DNA of 64,000 nucleotides from positions 1,414,756-1,478,755 of the forward strand of contig CAVVHT010000009.1 of assembly GCA_963748235.1 (NCBI GenBank), written 5' to 3'. Under the pieces are notes generated by a model. It did not search any database, had not been told where the DNA came from, and saw only the letters and a list, made by a program, of their open reading frames with translations. A program made the position numbers and the translations under genes. Positions 31,576 through 41,309 of this stretch are shown in pieces. The stretch comes from an uncultured Chloroflexia bacterium (lineage in GTDB: Bacteria; Chloroflexota; Limnocylindria; Limnocylindrales; CSP1-4). How positions within the stretch are numbered: position 1 is the first letter of the stretch; each line of letters starts with the position of its first letter.

Positions 31576-33329
31576 CCGACGCGGCCGCGGTCCGTCGTCC
31601 GCAGCAGATCCCCGCCGATCTTGCCGCGGCCATCGATCGAGCGCTCGAGCGCGCGCTGGCCGACAACTGGGTCGAGCGAATCTGGTCGCGCGATCCGAGC
31701 ATCTGGTCGGATGACGAGCGCGTCCAGAATCTGATCTCCGACCGCCTCGGTTGGCTCGACCTGCCGGCCAGCTTCGCCGATCGCGTGGTCACGCTCGAGG
31801 CATTTGCGCTCGCCGTGCGCGAAGAGGGCTTCACGGCCGGCCTGGTGTGCGGCATGGGTGGCTCGTCGCTCGCGCCGGACGTGCTTGCCAGCTCGCTGCC
31901 GCGTGGCGAGACGGGCATCCCGGTGCGCATCCTCGATTCGACGGATCCGACCGCGGTGCAGCGGGCAACCAGTGCGTCGGACCCTGCCCAGACGCTGTAC
32001 ATGATCGCCAGCAAGTCGGGCACAACGACCGAGTCGCAGGCGTTCCTGTCCCACTTCTGGAAGGTCGAGGACGACATCCACGACCATTTCCCGCGCGGCC
32101 TCGCGGGCGTCCACTTCGTGGCCATCACCGATCCCGGCAGCGTCGACGCCATCCCGCACAGCGACCTGTTCCGCGAGACCTTCCTGAACCCGGCCGACGT
32201 CGGCGGCCGCTACAGCGCGCTGTCGTATGTCGGCCTCGCACCGGCCGCGCTGATGGGCAACGATTTGGAAGGCCTCCTGAGCGACGCAGCAGCCACGGCC
32301 GAGCGCTGCCAGGCCGCCTCCGCCGACAATCCCGGGCTGTGGCTGGGCGTCGCACTCGGCACTCTCGCCCGCGCCGGCCGAGACAAGCTGACCCTCGTGA
32401 TCGAGCCGCGCTACGCGACGCTCGGCGCCTGGATCGAGCAGCTCGTCGCCGAGAGCACCGGCAAGCGCGGTGGCGGCATCGTGCCGGTCGATGGCGAGGC
32501 GCTGGGGGATCCAGGCGCGTACGACGAGGACCGCGTCTTCGTGCGCATCGCCACCGGAGCCGATCGCGCATGGCAGGAGTCGACCGACGCAGCGCTGGAC
32601 GCGCTGGCCGAGGCAGGTCACCCGGTCCTCAGACTGTCGATGCTCGGTGGGGCCGGGGCGCTCGGCGGAGAGTTCTTCCGTTGGGAGTTCGCGACCGCCG
32701 TAGCCGGCGCCGTGCTCGGCATCAACCCATTCGACGAGCCGAACGTCACCGAGTCGAAAGACAACACCAAGCGCGTCCTGGACCACTTCCGAGCGAGCGG
32801 CGAGCTTCCGACCGACGAGCCATTAGCCAGCGAAGGCGGACTGACGCTCTTCGGCGACGCTCCACTGCGCCTGACAGCGGGCCACGACGGGCTGCCCAAC
32901 GAGCTGCGTCGGCACCTCGCGCGCGCCCGGCGGAGGGGCTACTTCAGCATCCAGGCGTTCGTCGCGCCGACTCCCGAGCGCGACTCGAAGCTGCGCTCGA
33001 TTGCCCAGCGGCTGCGCGACCGCACTCAGCGCGCGGTGACCGTCGGCTACGGGCCGCGCTACCTTCACTCGACCGGCCAGCTGCACAAGGGCGGTCCGCC
33101 GATCGGCTGCTTCATCCAGCTCACCGGCCGCGGCGCAGAGGATCAGCCAATCCCCGGCTGGAAAGAGACGTTCGGTACGCTCATCGCCGCTCAGGCGGCG
33201 GGCGACTTCGCCTCGCTCGAGGCACATGAGCTGCCCGTTGCCCGAGTCGACCTGTCTGACGTCGACGACGGCCTCGCCGAGCTCTTCGAAATGCTGGCGA
33301 GCGCCCTCGTCGAGCCACTCAGCAACTAG
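31572..33329 (+). CDS. pgi: Glucose-6-phosphate isomerase
   Basis: GTG overlaps the tkt stop (GTGA). 'GMGGSSLAPDV', 'IASKSGTTTES', 'DVGGRYSALS'. Confidence 0.88.
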   Translation: MTDAAAVRRPQQIPADLAAAIDRALERALADNWVERIWSRDPSIWSDDERVQNLISDRLGWLDLPASFADRVVTLEAFALAVREEGFTAGLVCGMGGSSLAPDVLASSLPRGETGIPVRILDSTDPTAVQRATSASDPAQTLYMIASKSGTTTESQAFLSHFWKVEDDIHDHFPRGLAGVHFVAITDPGSVDAIPHSDLFRETFLNPADVGGRYSALSYVGLAPAALMGNDLEGLLSDAAATAERCQAASADNPGLWLGVALGTLARAGRDKLTLVIEPRYATLGAWIEQLVAESTGKRGGGIVPVDGEALGDPGAYDEDRVFVRIATGADRAWQESTDAALDALAEAGHPVLRLSMLGGAGALGGEFFRWEFATAVAGAVLGINPFDEPNVTESKDNTKRVLDHFRASGELPTDEPLASEGGLTLFGDAPLRLTAGHDGLPNELRRHLARARRRGYFSIQAFVAPTPERDSKLRSIAQRLRDRTQRAVTVGYGPRYLHSTGQLHKGGPPIGCFIQLTGRGAEDQPIPGWKETFGTLIAAQAAGDFASLEAHELPVARVDLSDVDDGLAELFEMLASALVEPLSN

Positions 33330-33342
33330 AGGAGGAGCGGCC

Positions 33343-34242
33343 GTGGAGCTGGCCATCGTCGGACTTGGTCGGATGGGCGGCAACATGGCGCGCCGCCTGC
33401 ACCAGGCCGGTCATCGGGTGGTGGCCTACAACCGTTCGCGTGACAAGACCGAGGAGATCATCCGCGAGGGACTCGAGGGAGGCTTCACGCCGAGCGATGT
33501 GGTCGGCATGCTGTCCGCGCCGCGGATCGTCTGGCTGATGGTTCCGGCCGGCGACGCCACTGAGCGAACGATTAACGAGTTCGCCGACCTGCTCGCGCCC
33601 GGTGACACGATCGTCGATGGCGGCAACGCCAATTTCAAGGATTCGAAACGCCGCCACGCGCTGCTCAAGGAGCGCGGCTTGAACTTCGTCGACGCCGGCA
33701 TCAGTGGCGGCGTGTGGGGCCTCGTCAACGGCTACGGGACGATGGTCGGCGGCGAGCGTGAGGCAGTCGAGCCGCTGGAGTCCATTTTCAAGGCACTTGC
33801 ACCCGAGCGCGGCTACGTCCACTGCGGACCGCCCGGCTCAGGGCACTACGTGAAGATGGTCCACAACGGCATCGAGTACGGCCTGATGCAGGCCTATGCC
33901 GAGGGCTTCGAGATCATGCACGCATCGGAGTACCCGCTCGACCTCGCCGCGGTCGCCGACGCGTGGATGCACGGAACGGTCATCCGCTCGTGGCTGCTCG
34001 AACTGCTCGGCCGGGCGTACGAACAGCACGGTGAGGACCTGGGTGAGATCCGCGGGTGGGTCGAGGACTCGGGTGAGGGCCGCTGGACAGTGCAGGAGGC
34101 GATCGACCTCGACGTCCCGGCGCAGGTCATAACCACCGCACTGTTCACCCGTTTCCGGAGCCGCCAACAGGAGAGCTATTCGGCGCGCGTCCTTGCTGCG
34201 CTGCGCCAGCAGTTCGGCGGCCACGCGGTCAAGACCGACTGA
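33343..34242 (+). CDS. gnd: 6-phosphogluconate dehydrogenase, decarboxylating (short ~300-aa form)
   Basis: GGAGGAG RBS then GTG 33343. 'IVGLGRMGGNMARRL', 'GISGGVWG', 'GHYVKMVHNGIEYG'. Confidence 0.85.
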   Translation: MELAIVGLGRMGGNMARRLHQAGHRVVAYNRSRDKTEEIIREGLEGGFTPSDVVGMLSAPRIVWLMVPAGDATERTINEFADLLAPGDTIVDGGNANFKDSKRRHALLKERGLNFVDAGISGGVWGLVNGYGTMVGGEREAVEPLESIFKALAPERGYVHCGPPGSGHYVKMVHNGIEYGLMQAYAEGFEIMHASEYPLDLAAVADAWMHGTVIRSWLLELLGRAYEQHGEDLGEIRGWVEDSGEGRWTVQEAIDLDVPAQVITTALFTRFRSRQQESYSARVLAALRQQFGGHAVKTD

Positions 34243-34243
34243 A

Positions 34244-35953
34244 ATGGCGACCAAGACGCCGGCAAAGGCGCCGGCAAAGGCGCCGGCGAAGGTCCCGACC
34301 AAAACGCCGACCAAGGCGCCGATCAAGAAGGCACGCAGCAACGCTGGGACCACGAACGCTACGCCCACCGCAGGGCAGGCACACGTGTACCGGCCGACCG
34401 AGCCACAGGGCATCGAGAACCCGTTGCGAGCCGGCCTTGTGCTGGAGCGCGTGCCGGAGCCGTGCGTACTCGTCGTCTTCGGCGCGACCGGCGACCTGAC
34501 CGCACGCAAGATCATGCCCGCCGTCTACAACCTGCGCCGGTCGGGGCTCCTGCCCGCCGAGACGTCGGTGCTCGGCTTCTCGCGCCGGCCGCTGTCCGAC
34601 GACGACTTCCGCAACATGATGAGCGAGTCAGTCAGCGCCAACTCACGCGTCAAGGTTGAGCAGGGCCTGTGGGACGACTTTGCCAGCGGTTTGTTCTACC
34701 AGCCCGGCGAGTTCGGCGATCGCACCGCCTACCGCGACCTGGCCGAGCGGCTCGAGCAGATCGACGCAGCCCGCGGCACGCGCGGCAACCGGCTCTTTTA
34801 CCTGGCCACGCCGCCGTCGGCGTACGAGGAGATCGTCGCCAACCTTGGTCGCGTCGGGCTCCACAAGCAGGGCCAGCGCGAGGGCTGGGCGCGGATCGTG
34901 GTTGAGAAGCCGTTCGGGCACGATCTCGACTCGGCGCGCGAGCTGAACGACGCACTGGTCAGCGTCTTCGACGAGTCGCAGGTGTACCGCATCGACCACT
35001 ACCTGGGCAAGGAGACGGTGCGCAACCTGCTCGTCTTCCGCTTCGCCAACGGCATCTTCGAGCCGCTCTGGAATCGGCGCTACGTCGACCACGTTCAGAT
35101 CACCGTGGCCGAGGATCTCGGCGTCGAGGGCCGCGGCGACTTCTACGAGGAGGCCGGCGCGAGCCGCGACATCGTCCAGAACCACCTGCTGCAGCTGCTG
35201 ACCCTGGTTGCGATGGAGCCGCCGATCGCGTTCGAGGCCGACGCGCTGCGCGACGAGAAGGTCCGCGTGCTGCGCGCCGTCGAGACCAACTGGACCGAAG
35301 CCCGCGCCCGGGCGACGGTGGTGCGCGGCCAGTACACCTCCGGCTGGGTCGGCGACAAGCACGTCGTCGGTTACCGCGAGGAGGAGGAGGTCAAGCCCGA
35401 TTCGGACGTCGAGACATTCGTCGCCATGAAGCTCGAGGTCCAGAACTGGCGCTGGGCCGACGTTCCCTTCTACCTGCGCACGGGCAAGCGGATGGCCCGC
35501 CGGGCAACCGAGATCGCGATCCAGTTCAAGCTGCCGCCGCTGATGCTGTTCAGCGAGAGCAACACGCCGCCAGAGCCGAACCTGCTCGCGCTGCGCATCC
35601 AGCCCGATGAGGGGATCATGCTCCGCTTCGCGGCCAAGGTTCCCCAGCTCGGGCTCGACGTGCGCAGCGTGGCGATGGACTTCACCTATGGCCTGTCGTT
35701 CACGCGCGACGCTCCCGAGGCGTACGAGACGTTGTTGCTCGACGCGATGCTCGGCGACGCGTCGCTGTTCACCCGCGCCGACGAGGTTGAGGCGGCGTGG
35801 GCGATCGTCAGCCCGCTCAATGAGCTGTGGCGCAAGTGGACCGACGAGGGTGGCGCCGATGCCGACATGTGCTTCTACGAGGCCGGCACGTGGGGCCCGA
35901 GCAATGCCGACGACCTGATCGAGCACGACGGGCGGCGCTGGCGAAGGCTATGA
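34244..35953 (+). CDS. zwf: Glucose-6-phosphate 1-dehydrogenase with Lys/Pro/Ala-rich N-terminal extension
   Basis: 'VVFGATGDLTARK', 'RIDHYLGKE', 'DIVQNHLLQ'. ATG 34244 lies inside track ORF 34193..35953. Confidence 0.9.
   Translation: MATKTPAKAPAKAPAKVPTKTPTKAPIKKARSNAGTTNATPTAGQAHVYRPTEPQGIENPLRAGLVLERVPEPCVLVVFGATGDLTARKIMPAVYNLRRSGLLPAETSVLGFSRRPLSDDDFRNMMSESVSANSRVKVEQGLWDDFASGLFYQPGEFGDRTAYRDLAERLEQIDAARGTRGNRLFYLATPPSAYEEIVANLGRVGLHKQGQREGWARIVVEKPFGHDLDSARELNDALVSVFDESQVYRIDHYLGKETVRNLLVFRFANGIFEPLWNRRYVDHVQITVAEDLGVEGRGDFYEEAGASRDIVQNHLLQLLTLVAMEPPIAFEADALRDEKVRVLRAVETNWTEARARATVVRGQYTSGWVGDKHVVGYREEEEVKPDSDVETFVAMKLEVQNWRWADVPFYLRTGKRMARRATEIAIQFKLPPLMLFSESNTPPEPNLLALRIQPDEGIMLRFAAKVPQLGLDVRSVAMDFTYGLSFTRDAPEAYETLLLDAMLGDASLFTRADEVEAAWAIVSPLNELWRKWTDEGGADADMCFYEAGTWGPSNADDLIEHDGRRWRRL
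34250..34330 (+). repeat. Coding tandem repeat (about 12-nt unit GCCGGCAAAGGC and variants) encoding TPAKAPAKAPAKVPTKTPTKAPIKK
   Basis: Read directly at the 5' end of zwf. Confidence 0.6.
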
Positions 35954-37209
35954 CCAACTCGCAGTTCAGCACCACCACGCTGGAGCTCGATCAGAGCACG
36001 TCGCGCTGGCACGTCCGTGCGCACAGCATCTCCGAGTGCGTCGGCCAGCTCAGCCGAGTGTGGACCACGGCCGCGGCGGAGACCGAGCACCCCGATGCCA
36101 CGACCGAGGAGGTCGAGGCAACGATGGGCGATCCGCGCATCGGCGAGCAGCTTGGCGACGCGCAATCGGTCCGTGTCCGGATGCGAACGAGCGTGCTGAC
36201 ACTGGTCGTCGTGGCGCCACGGCCCGAGCTGTCGGAACGTGCCCTGGCTGCGATCAACGCCCTCCATCAGCGCCACCCTTCGCGGGCAATCGTCGTGTCG
36301 CCGGGCGATTTCGACGGGCCGTCGACGATGGACGCGCACATCTACGCCGAGTGCAAGGTGTCCGAGCGGTCCGACTCGGAGGTGTGCACCGAGCAGATCC
36401 TGATCAAGACCGGCGGCGAGCTGTCGCAGCACCTGTCGCGCGTCATCACCCCGCTGCTCATCCACGACCTGCCCGTCGTCGTCTGGTGGCCCGACGATCC
36501 GCCGTTCGGCGTCGAAGCAATTCAACGAGGTCGTCGGCACTGCCGACCGGCTGCTGGTCGATTCGGGCAGCTTCCAGGAGGATGACGGCAAGCGAATGGC
36601 CGGCCTGGCCACGGTCGTCTCGGAGGGCGTATCGGTGACCGACGTCGGCTGGCTGCGCCTGACTCTCTGGCGCGAGCTGTTGGCCGGTCTGTTCGACCAC
36701 CCGCTGCTGACACCGCGAGCTCGAGCACATCCGCAGCGTGCGCGTGGACGTCGCTCGGCCGACCAACACCTTGCGCATCTCGAAGGCGGCGTTCTACCTC
36801 GGCTGGCTCGCTTCGCGCCTGCAATGGGAGGTCGACGAGCCGCTCGTCCACGACAAGCAGGACGACGTTCTGCGCGGCTCGTTCCGCCGCGGTCGGCGCG
36901 ATCATCCCGGTCGAGCTGCGACCGGTGCGCGCCACGCTCGACGGGTCGCAGCGCGCGGCTGGGTCCCTCGTCCGCGTCGACGTCGAGGCGACGCGTGCCA
37001 GGTCAACGGTCCGCGCCCGGATCACGCGTCAGGCCGACCACCTGCTGGCCACGGCCGATTGGAACGGCGCCCAGGTGACGCGGCGCGCCGGCCGCCTCGA
37101 GCCGTTCGAGGAGACGCCATTCATTGCCGAGGCGCTCGAGCAATCGGGCAACGACCGCATCTTCGAGCAGTCGCTCATCCGCGCCGTGAGGCTCGTAAGC
37201 AGTGGCTGA
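35950..37209 (+). pseudogene. opcA: OpcA, G6PDH assembly/allosteric partner, frame-disrupted (3 changes at ~36510, ~36715, ~36900)
   Basis: ATG overlaps the zwf stop (ATGA). 'LTLVVVAP...LPVVVWWPDDPPFG' (ORF 35827..), 'FNEVVGTADRLLVDSGSF...VTDVGWLRLTLWRELLAGLFDHP' (ORF 36596..), 'VRVDVARPTNTLRISKAAFYLGWLASRL' (ORF 36738..), and the tail in ORF 36925..37209. Confidence 0.8.
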
Positions 37210-38061
37210 CCCGACGCGCGAGGACGCGCAAATGATCGTCCTCGATGATGCCGACGCAGTGGCGCGCGAGGCCGCCCGACGGGTGTTGGAGAAGCTCCGT
37301 GAAGCGATCGAGGCGCGCGGCGTCGCCCACATAGCGCTGACCGGCGGATCGTCGGCCGTGCCGCTCTACCACGAGCTCACTACGCCCGAGTCGCGTGCCG
37401 CGCTCGACTGGGACCACGTCCACCTGTGGTGGGGCGACGAGCGATTCGTGCCCATCGACCATCCCGAATCGAACGCGGGAATGGCTTATCGGCTGCTGTT
37501 GGCGATGCCCACCCGCGCGGCGCAGACGGGCAGTGGCGGCGATTACGACGACGTCGACGGCGGGCGACGTTCCAGGCCTGCTGATCAATCCGGAGAACGT
37601 CCATCCGGTCGAGGTGGAAGAGACGCTCGGCGACAGCGAACCGGTCGAGCTGGCCGCGCAGCGCTACTGCCGTGACCTGGCACGCTGGGTCCCCACCGCC
37701 CGCCACGGCGTGCCACGCTTCGACGTCATTCTGACCGGCATCGGGCCCGACGGTCACATCATGTCGATCTTCCCGGGCAGCGCGGCACTGGCGCCGGACG
37801 CGCCGGCGGCGATCGGCGTCCCGGCGCCGACGCACGTGGAGCCTCACCTGCCGCGGGTCACGCTCAGCGCGCGGCTGCTGCCATTGGCTGGCGTGGTCTT
37901 CGTGATGGCCTCTGGCGAAGGCAAGCGCGAGGTGCTGGCCAACATCCTCGGGATTCGAGCGCGATCCGCAGCGCTGGCCGGCGCAGGCGGCGCTGCTACC
38001 TAATTCGGTCTGGCTGCTCGATCGCGCGAGCGTCCCGCCCGATCACCCCGCGGCGAGGTAG
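37202..38061 (+). pseudogene. pgl: 6-phosphogluconolactonase, frame-disrupted (2 changes at ~37550 and ~37955)
   Basis: 'HIALTGGSSAVPLY...WWGDERFVP' (ORF 37202..) and 'FDVILTGIGPDGHIMSIFPGS...VMASGEGKREVLANIL' (ORF 37395..). The tail 'RDPQRWPAQAALLPNSVWLLDRA' is in a third frame and ends at TAG 38059-38061. Confidence 0.75.
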
Positions 38062-39374
38062 CCGGCGATCAGGAACCACGCCGCGCCGAGCGCGGCGGAC
38101 ACGCCCAGAGTCAGGAACAGCGACCACTTCAGCCGGAGAAGCGCGACCAGTGCGAAGGCCGTCAGGCCAAGCGCGACGAGATCGAGCGACGCCAGCTCAA
38201 CGGTGTGCAGCCGGAGCGGGCCGATTCGCAGCTCGCCCGAAGTCGCGAACAGCGTCTGCATCGCGAACCACACGCCCAGGTTGGCGATGACGCCAACAAC
38301 CGCGGCAGTCACGCCTGACAGGGCCGCGCTGAGCGTCGGCCGGTTGCGGAGCGACTCGACGTACGGCGCGCCGGTGAAGATCCAGACGAACGACGGCGCG
38401 AACGTGACCCAGGTGACGAGAATGCTGGCCAGCAGACCCGCGACGATCGGGTCGAGGCCCGACGGCTGGCCGAACGCGGCCATGAAGCCGACGAACTGGA
38501 CGACCATGATCAGCGGGCCTGGTGTCGTCTCGGCCATGCCCAGCCCGTCGAGCATCTGGTCGGGCGACAGCCAGCCGTAGACGTCGACCGCCTGCTGAGC
38601 GATGTAGGCGAGCAGAGCGTAGGCGCCGCCAAAGGTGATCACCGCCGCGAAGGCGAAGAACAGGGCGAGATGCGAGAAGACGCTCTGCGGACCGGTGATG
38701 GCCACGGTCAGCACGACCGGCAGCAACCAGATGACCAGCCCAACCAGCAGGACCGCGATGCTTCGTCTGGCGCGCGGCGCCGACGGTCGCGCGTCGTTGA
38801 CCGGCACGGCCTGCGCCGGAAGGGCGCGACTGAGCCGATGGCCGGCAAAGCCAACGAGTGCGGCCGCGACGATGATCAGCGGGAACGGAACGTCGAAGAA
38901 GAAGATCGCCACAAAGGCGCCGATCGCGACCGCCACCTGTAGACGGTTGTGGATTGCGCGGCGGCTGAGTCGCACAACGGCGACGGCGATGAGCGCAACC
39001 ACGGCTGGTTTGACGCCGTAGAAGATGGCCTGCACGAATGCCGTCTGCTGGTACAGCGCGTAGACGATCGACAGCGCCAGCAACACGAGCGCGCCGGGCA
39101 GGATGAACAGCAGCCCGGCAGCGAGGCCGCCGCGCGTGCCGTGCATCAGCCAGCCGATGTAGGTGGCCAGCTCCTGCGCTTCCGGGCCGGGCAGCAGCAT
39201 CGCGTAGTTGAGCGCGTGAAGGAAGCGGCTCTCGTCGAGCCACTTGCGCCGATCGACGATCTCGCGATGCATCACCGCGATCTGGCCGGCCGGCCCGCCG
39301 AAGCTGTTCAGCCCCACGTACGCCCACGCCCGTAGCGCTTCACCGAAGCCAACGCCCGGCGCCTTGTCAGTCAC
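38043..39374 (-). CDS. chrA: Chromate ion transporter (CHR family, two-domain)
   Basis: 443 aa with 'SFGGPAGQIAVMHREIV...RFLHALNYAMLLPGPEA'. Second half 'TFGGAYALLAYI...ETTPGPLIMV'. Confidence 0.9.
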   Translation of the reverse strand: MTDKAPGVGFGEALRAWAYVGLNSFGGPAGQIAVMHREIVDRRKWLDESRFLHALNYAMLLPGPEAQELATYIGWLMHGTRGGLAAGLLFILPGALVLLALSIVYALYQQTAFVQAIFYGVKPAVVALIAVAVVRLSRRAIHNRLQVAVAIGAFVAIFFFDVPFPLIIVAAALVGFAGHRLSRALPAQAVPVNDARPSAPRARRSIAVLLVGLVIWLLPVVLTVAITGPQSVFSHLALFFAFAAVITFGGAYALLAYIAQQAVDVYGWLSPDQMLDGLGMAETTPGPLIMVVQFVGFMAAFGQPSGLDPIVAGLLASILVTWVTFAPSFVWIFTGAPYVESLRNRPTLSAALSGVTAAVVGVIANLGVWFAMQTLFATSGELRIGPLRLHTVELASLDLVALGLTAFALVALLRLKWSLFLTLGVSAALGAAWFLIAGYLAAG

Positions 39375-39478
39375 CGGCGGATCGTCGCAGAACTGAAACG
39401 CGCGCAGCGCCGTGAATGCCTCAAATTCGTGGCAGGAGCGCCGGCCGCAGGGCTACGCTCAGCGCAGGAGGTGATCGG

Positions 39479-40375
39479 ATGATCGGTCGATTGCTATCCC
39501 GGCTGTTGGCGGCGCAGGCTGGCTGGGCCAAGCCCCTGGGCGATTTCAATGTCCGCGTGTTGCGCGCCATCTGGCGCCCGATTCGACCGATCAAGGACCT
39601 GGTGACCGGCAAGTGGCTGGGTCACTCGGTCCACGCGGCGCTGACCGACATCCCGATCGGCGTGATCTCCCTTGTCGTGTTGTTCGACCTGCTCGACCTG
39701 TTCCAGGTCGCCAACGTTCGTCAGGCGGCCGACATCGGCTTGGCTGTCGGCATCGTGGCCATGCTCGGGGCAGCCATCTCAGGCTCGGCCGACTATTCCG
39801 ATACGGACGACGACGCCCGAACGGTGGCCACCGTGCACGCGACCGTGATGGTCATCGCACTCGTCTTATTCGTCATTGCATTCGCGATGCGCGTCCCAGA
39901 CCCGGCGGGTGATCGCACTGTCGCCATCGGCATTGGTCTGGTCGCCTATGTGGTCATGCTCGGCGGAGCGTGGGTCGGCGGCGAGGCGGTCTATGCGCTG
40001 GGCAACATGGTCAACCGCCACGCGTGGCGTTTCTACGGCGAGCCCAAGTGGCAGAAGCTCGACCTGACCGAGATTCCCGAGGGTCAGCCAACGGCGGCCA
40101 AGGCGGGCACGCAGAGCGTGGTGGTCGTGCGCCAGGGAGACGAGGTGTTCGCCCTTCACGCGACCTGTGCTCACGCCGGCGGCCCACTTGCCGAGGGCCG
40201 GCTGGTCGATGGCTGCATCGAGTGCCCGTGGCATTTCTCGCGCTTCGATCTCGCCACCGGCCGGCGCACCCATGGCCCGACAACATTTGACCAGCCGCGT
40301 TACGAGGTTCGTTCCGCGGACGGCGGCGGCTGGGAGCTGCGACGCGTCGGCGGAACGAGCGGCCAGAACGTCTAG
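39479..40375 (+). CDS. Membrane-anchored Rieske [2Fe-2S] protein (DUF2231-like N-terminal TM domain)
   Basis: AGGAGG RBS then ATG 39479. Four predicted TM helices. 'CAHAGGPL...CIECPWHFSRF' Rieske ligands. Confidence 0.85.
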   Translation: MIGRLLSRLLAAQAGWAKPLGDFNVRVLRAIWRPIRPIKDLVTGKWLGHSVHAALTDIPIGVISLVVLFDLLDLFQVANVRQAADIGLAVGIVAMLGAAISGSADYSDTDDDARTVATVHATVMVIALVLFVIAFAMRVPDPAGDRTVAIGIGLVAYVVMLGGAWVGGEAVYALGNMVNRHAWRFYGEPKWQKLDLTEIPEGQPTAAKAGTQSVVVVRQGDEVFALHATCAHAGGPLAEGRLVDGCIECPWHFSRFDLATGRRTHGPTTFDQPRYEVRSADGGGWELRRVGGTSGQNV

Positions 40376-40383
40376 GTGTACGG

Positions 40384-41286
40384 CTAGCGCATCAGCGGGA
40401 CGCTGACGGTCGCCAGCGCCACGCCGGCAATCTGTGTCGGGCGCAACCGCTCGTGCAGGAAGATCGCCGCCAGGATGGTGGTAACAACCGGATAGAGCGA
40501 CGACAGCACGACGGCGACCGACAGCGCGTCAGTCTCTTTCGCGAGCAGGAAGAAGGCGTTGCCACCCATGTCGGCCAAGCCGGTAAGGAGCAGCAGGCCG
40601 ATCAAGCGCCCGGCCGTCAGGTGCGACGCGCGCAGACGGCCGAGGCCGAGGACCGATGCAGTGGCTCGGCCGAGGCCGCGCGTCCGGGACGCACGGAGGC
40701 CAAGAACGAGCAGCGCGCCCAGTACGACCGACACCCCCGCGACGCGAACCACGAAGAGAGGCCACCAGGTCTCACCCGCGGTCGTGGCCTGATCGATGAG
40801 CAGGAAGAAGCCGGCGAAGCCGAGCCCGGACACGACGATCAGCGGCAGCTCGTGCAGCTCAACTCGGACGCGCCGTCGCTCACTGTCGGTCGACTCACCG
40901 CCGGGGAGCGAGGTGAGCACGACGGCAACGAGTGCCAGGGAGATGCCGAGCAGGCGCGCCGGCGGCACGGACTCGCCACCGGCCACCGAAACCACCACCG
41001 GCACGCCGGCGCCGATCAGGGCCGCAAGCGGGGCAATCACACCCATCGTGCCGCGCGACAGGGCGTAGTAGAACGCGCCGAGGCCGATCACCCCGGAGAC
41101 ACCCGCGGCCAGCGCCCAGGGGATCGATCCGGACGAAGGCAGCCCTTCGCCGCTGATGAGCACGAGAACCGCGGCGCCCAACAGGCCGATGCCCTGGCTG
41201 ACCAAGATTGCGAGGAAGACGCTCGAGCGCCGGCTGAGCAGGCCGCCGGCAAAGTCGCCGGCGCCCCAGCTGATTGCCGACAGCAA
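40384..41286 (-). CDS. EamA/DMT-family transporter
   Basis: About 10 hydrophobic helices in two EamA-like halves. The start is uncertain: the frame stays open into the 3' end of the upstream ATPase gene. Confidence 0.8.
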   Translation of the reverse strand: MLSAISWGAGDFAGGLLSRRSSVFLAILVSQGIGLLGAAVLVLISGEGLPSSGSIPWALAAGVSGVIGLGAFYYALSRGTMGVIAPLAALIGAGVPVVVSVAGGESVPPARLLGISLALVAVVLTSLPGGESTDSERRRVRVELHELPLIVVSGLGFAGFFLLIDQATTAGETWWPLFVVRVAGVSVVLGALLVLGLRASRTRGLGRATASVLGLGRLRASHLTAGRLIGLLLLTGLADMGGNAFFLLAKETDALSVAVVLSSLYPVVTTILAAIFLHERLRPTQIAGVALATVSVPLMR

Positions 41287-41309
41287 CCCAAATATCGGGC
41301 CTACCCCGA

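Noticed and set aside
34250-34330. The short tandem DNA repeat as a CRISPR-like or non-coding satellite array.
   Set aside because: The unit is only ~12 nt, there are no spacers, and it is in frame within zwf, encoding a PAKA/PTKT peptide repeat.
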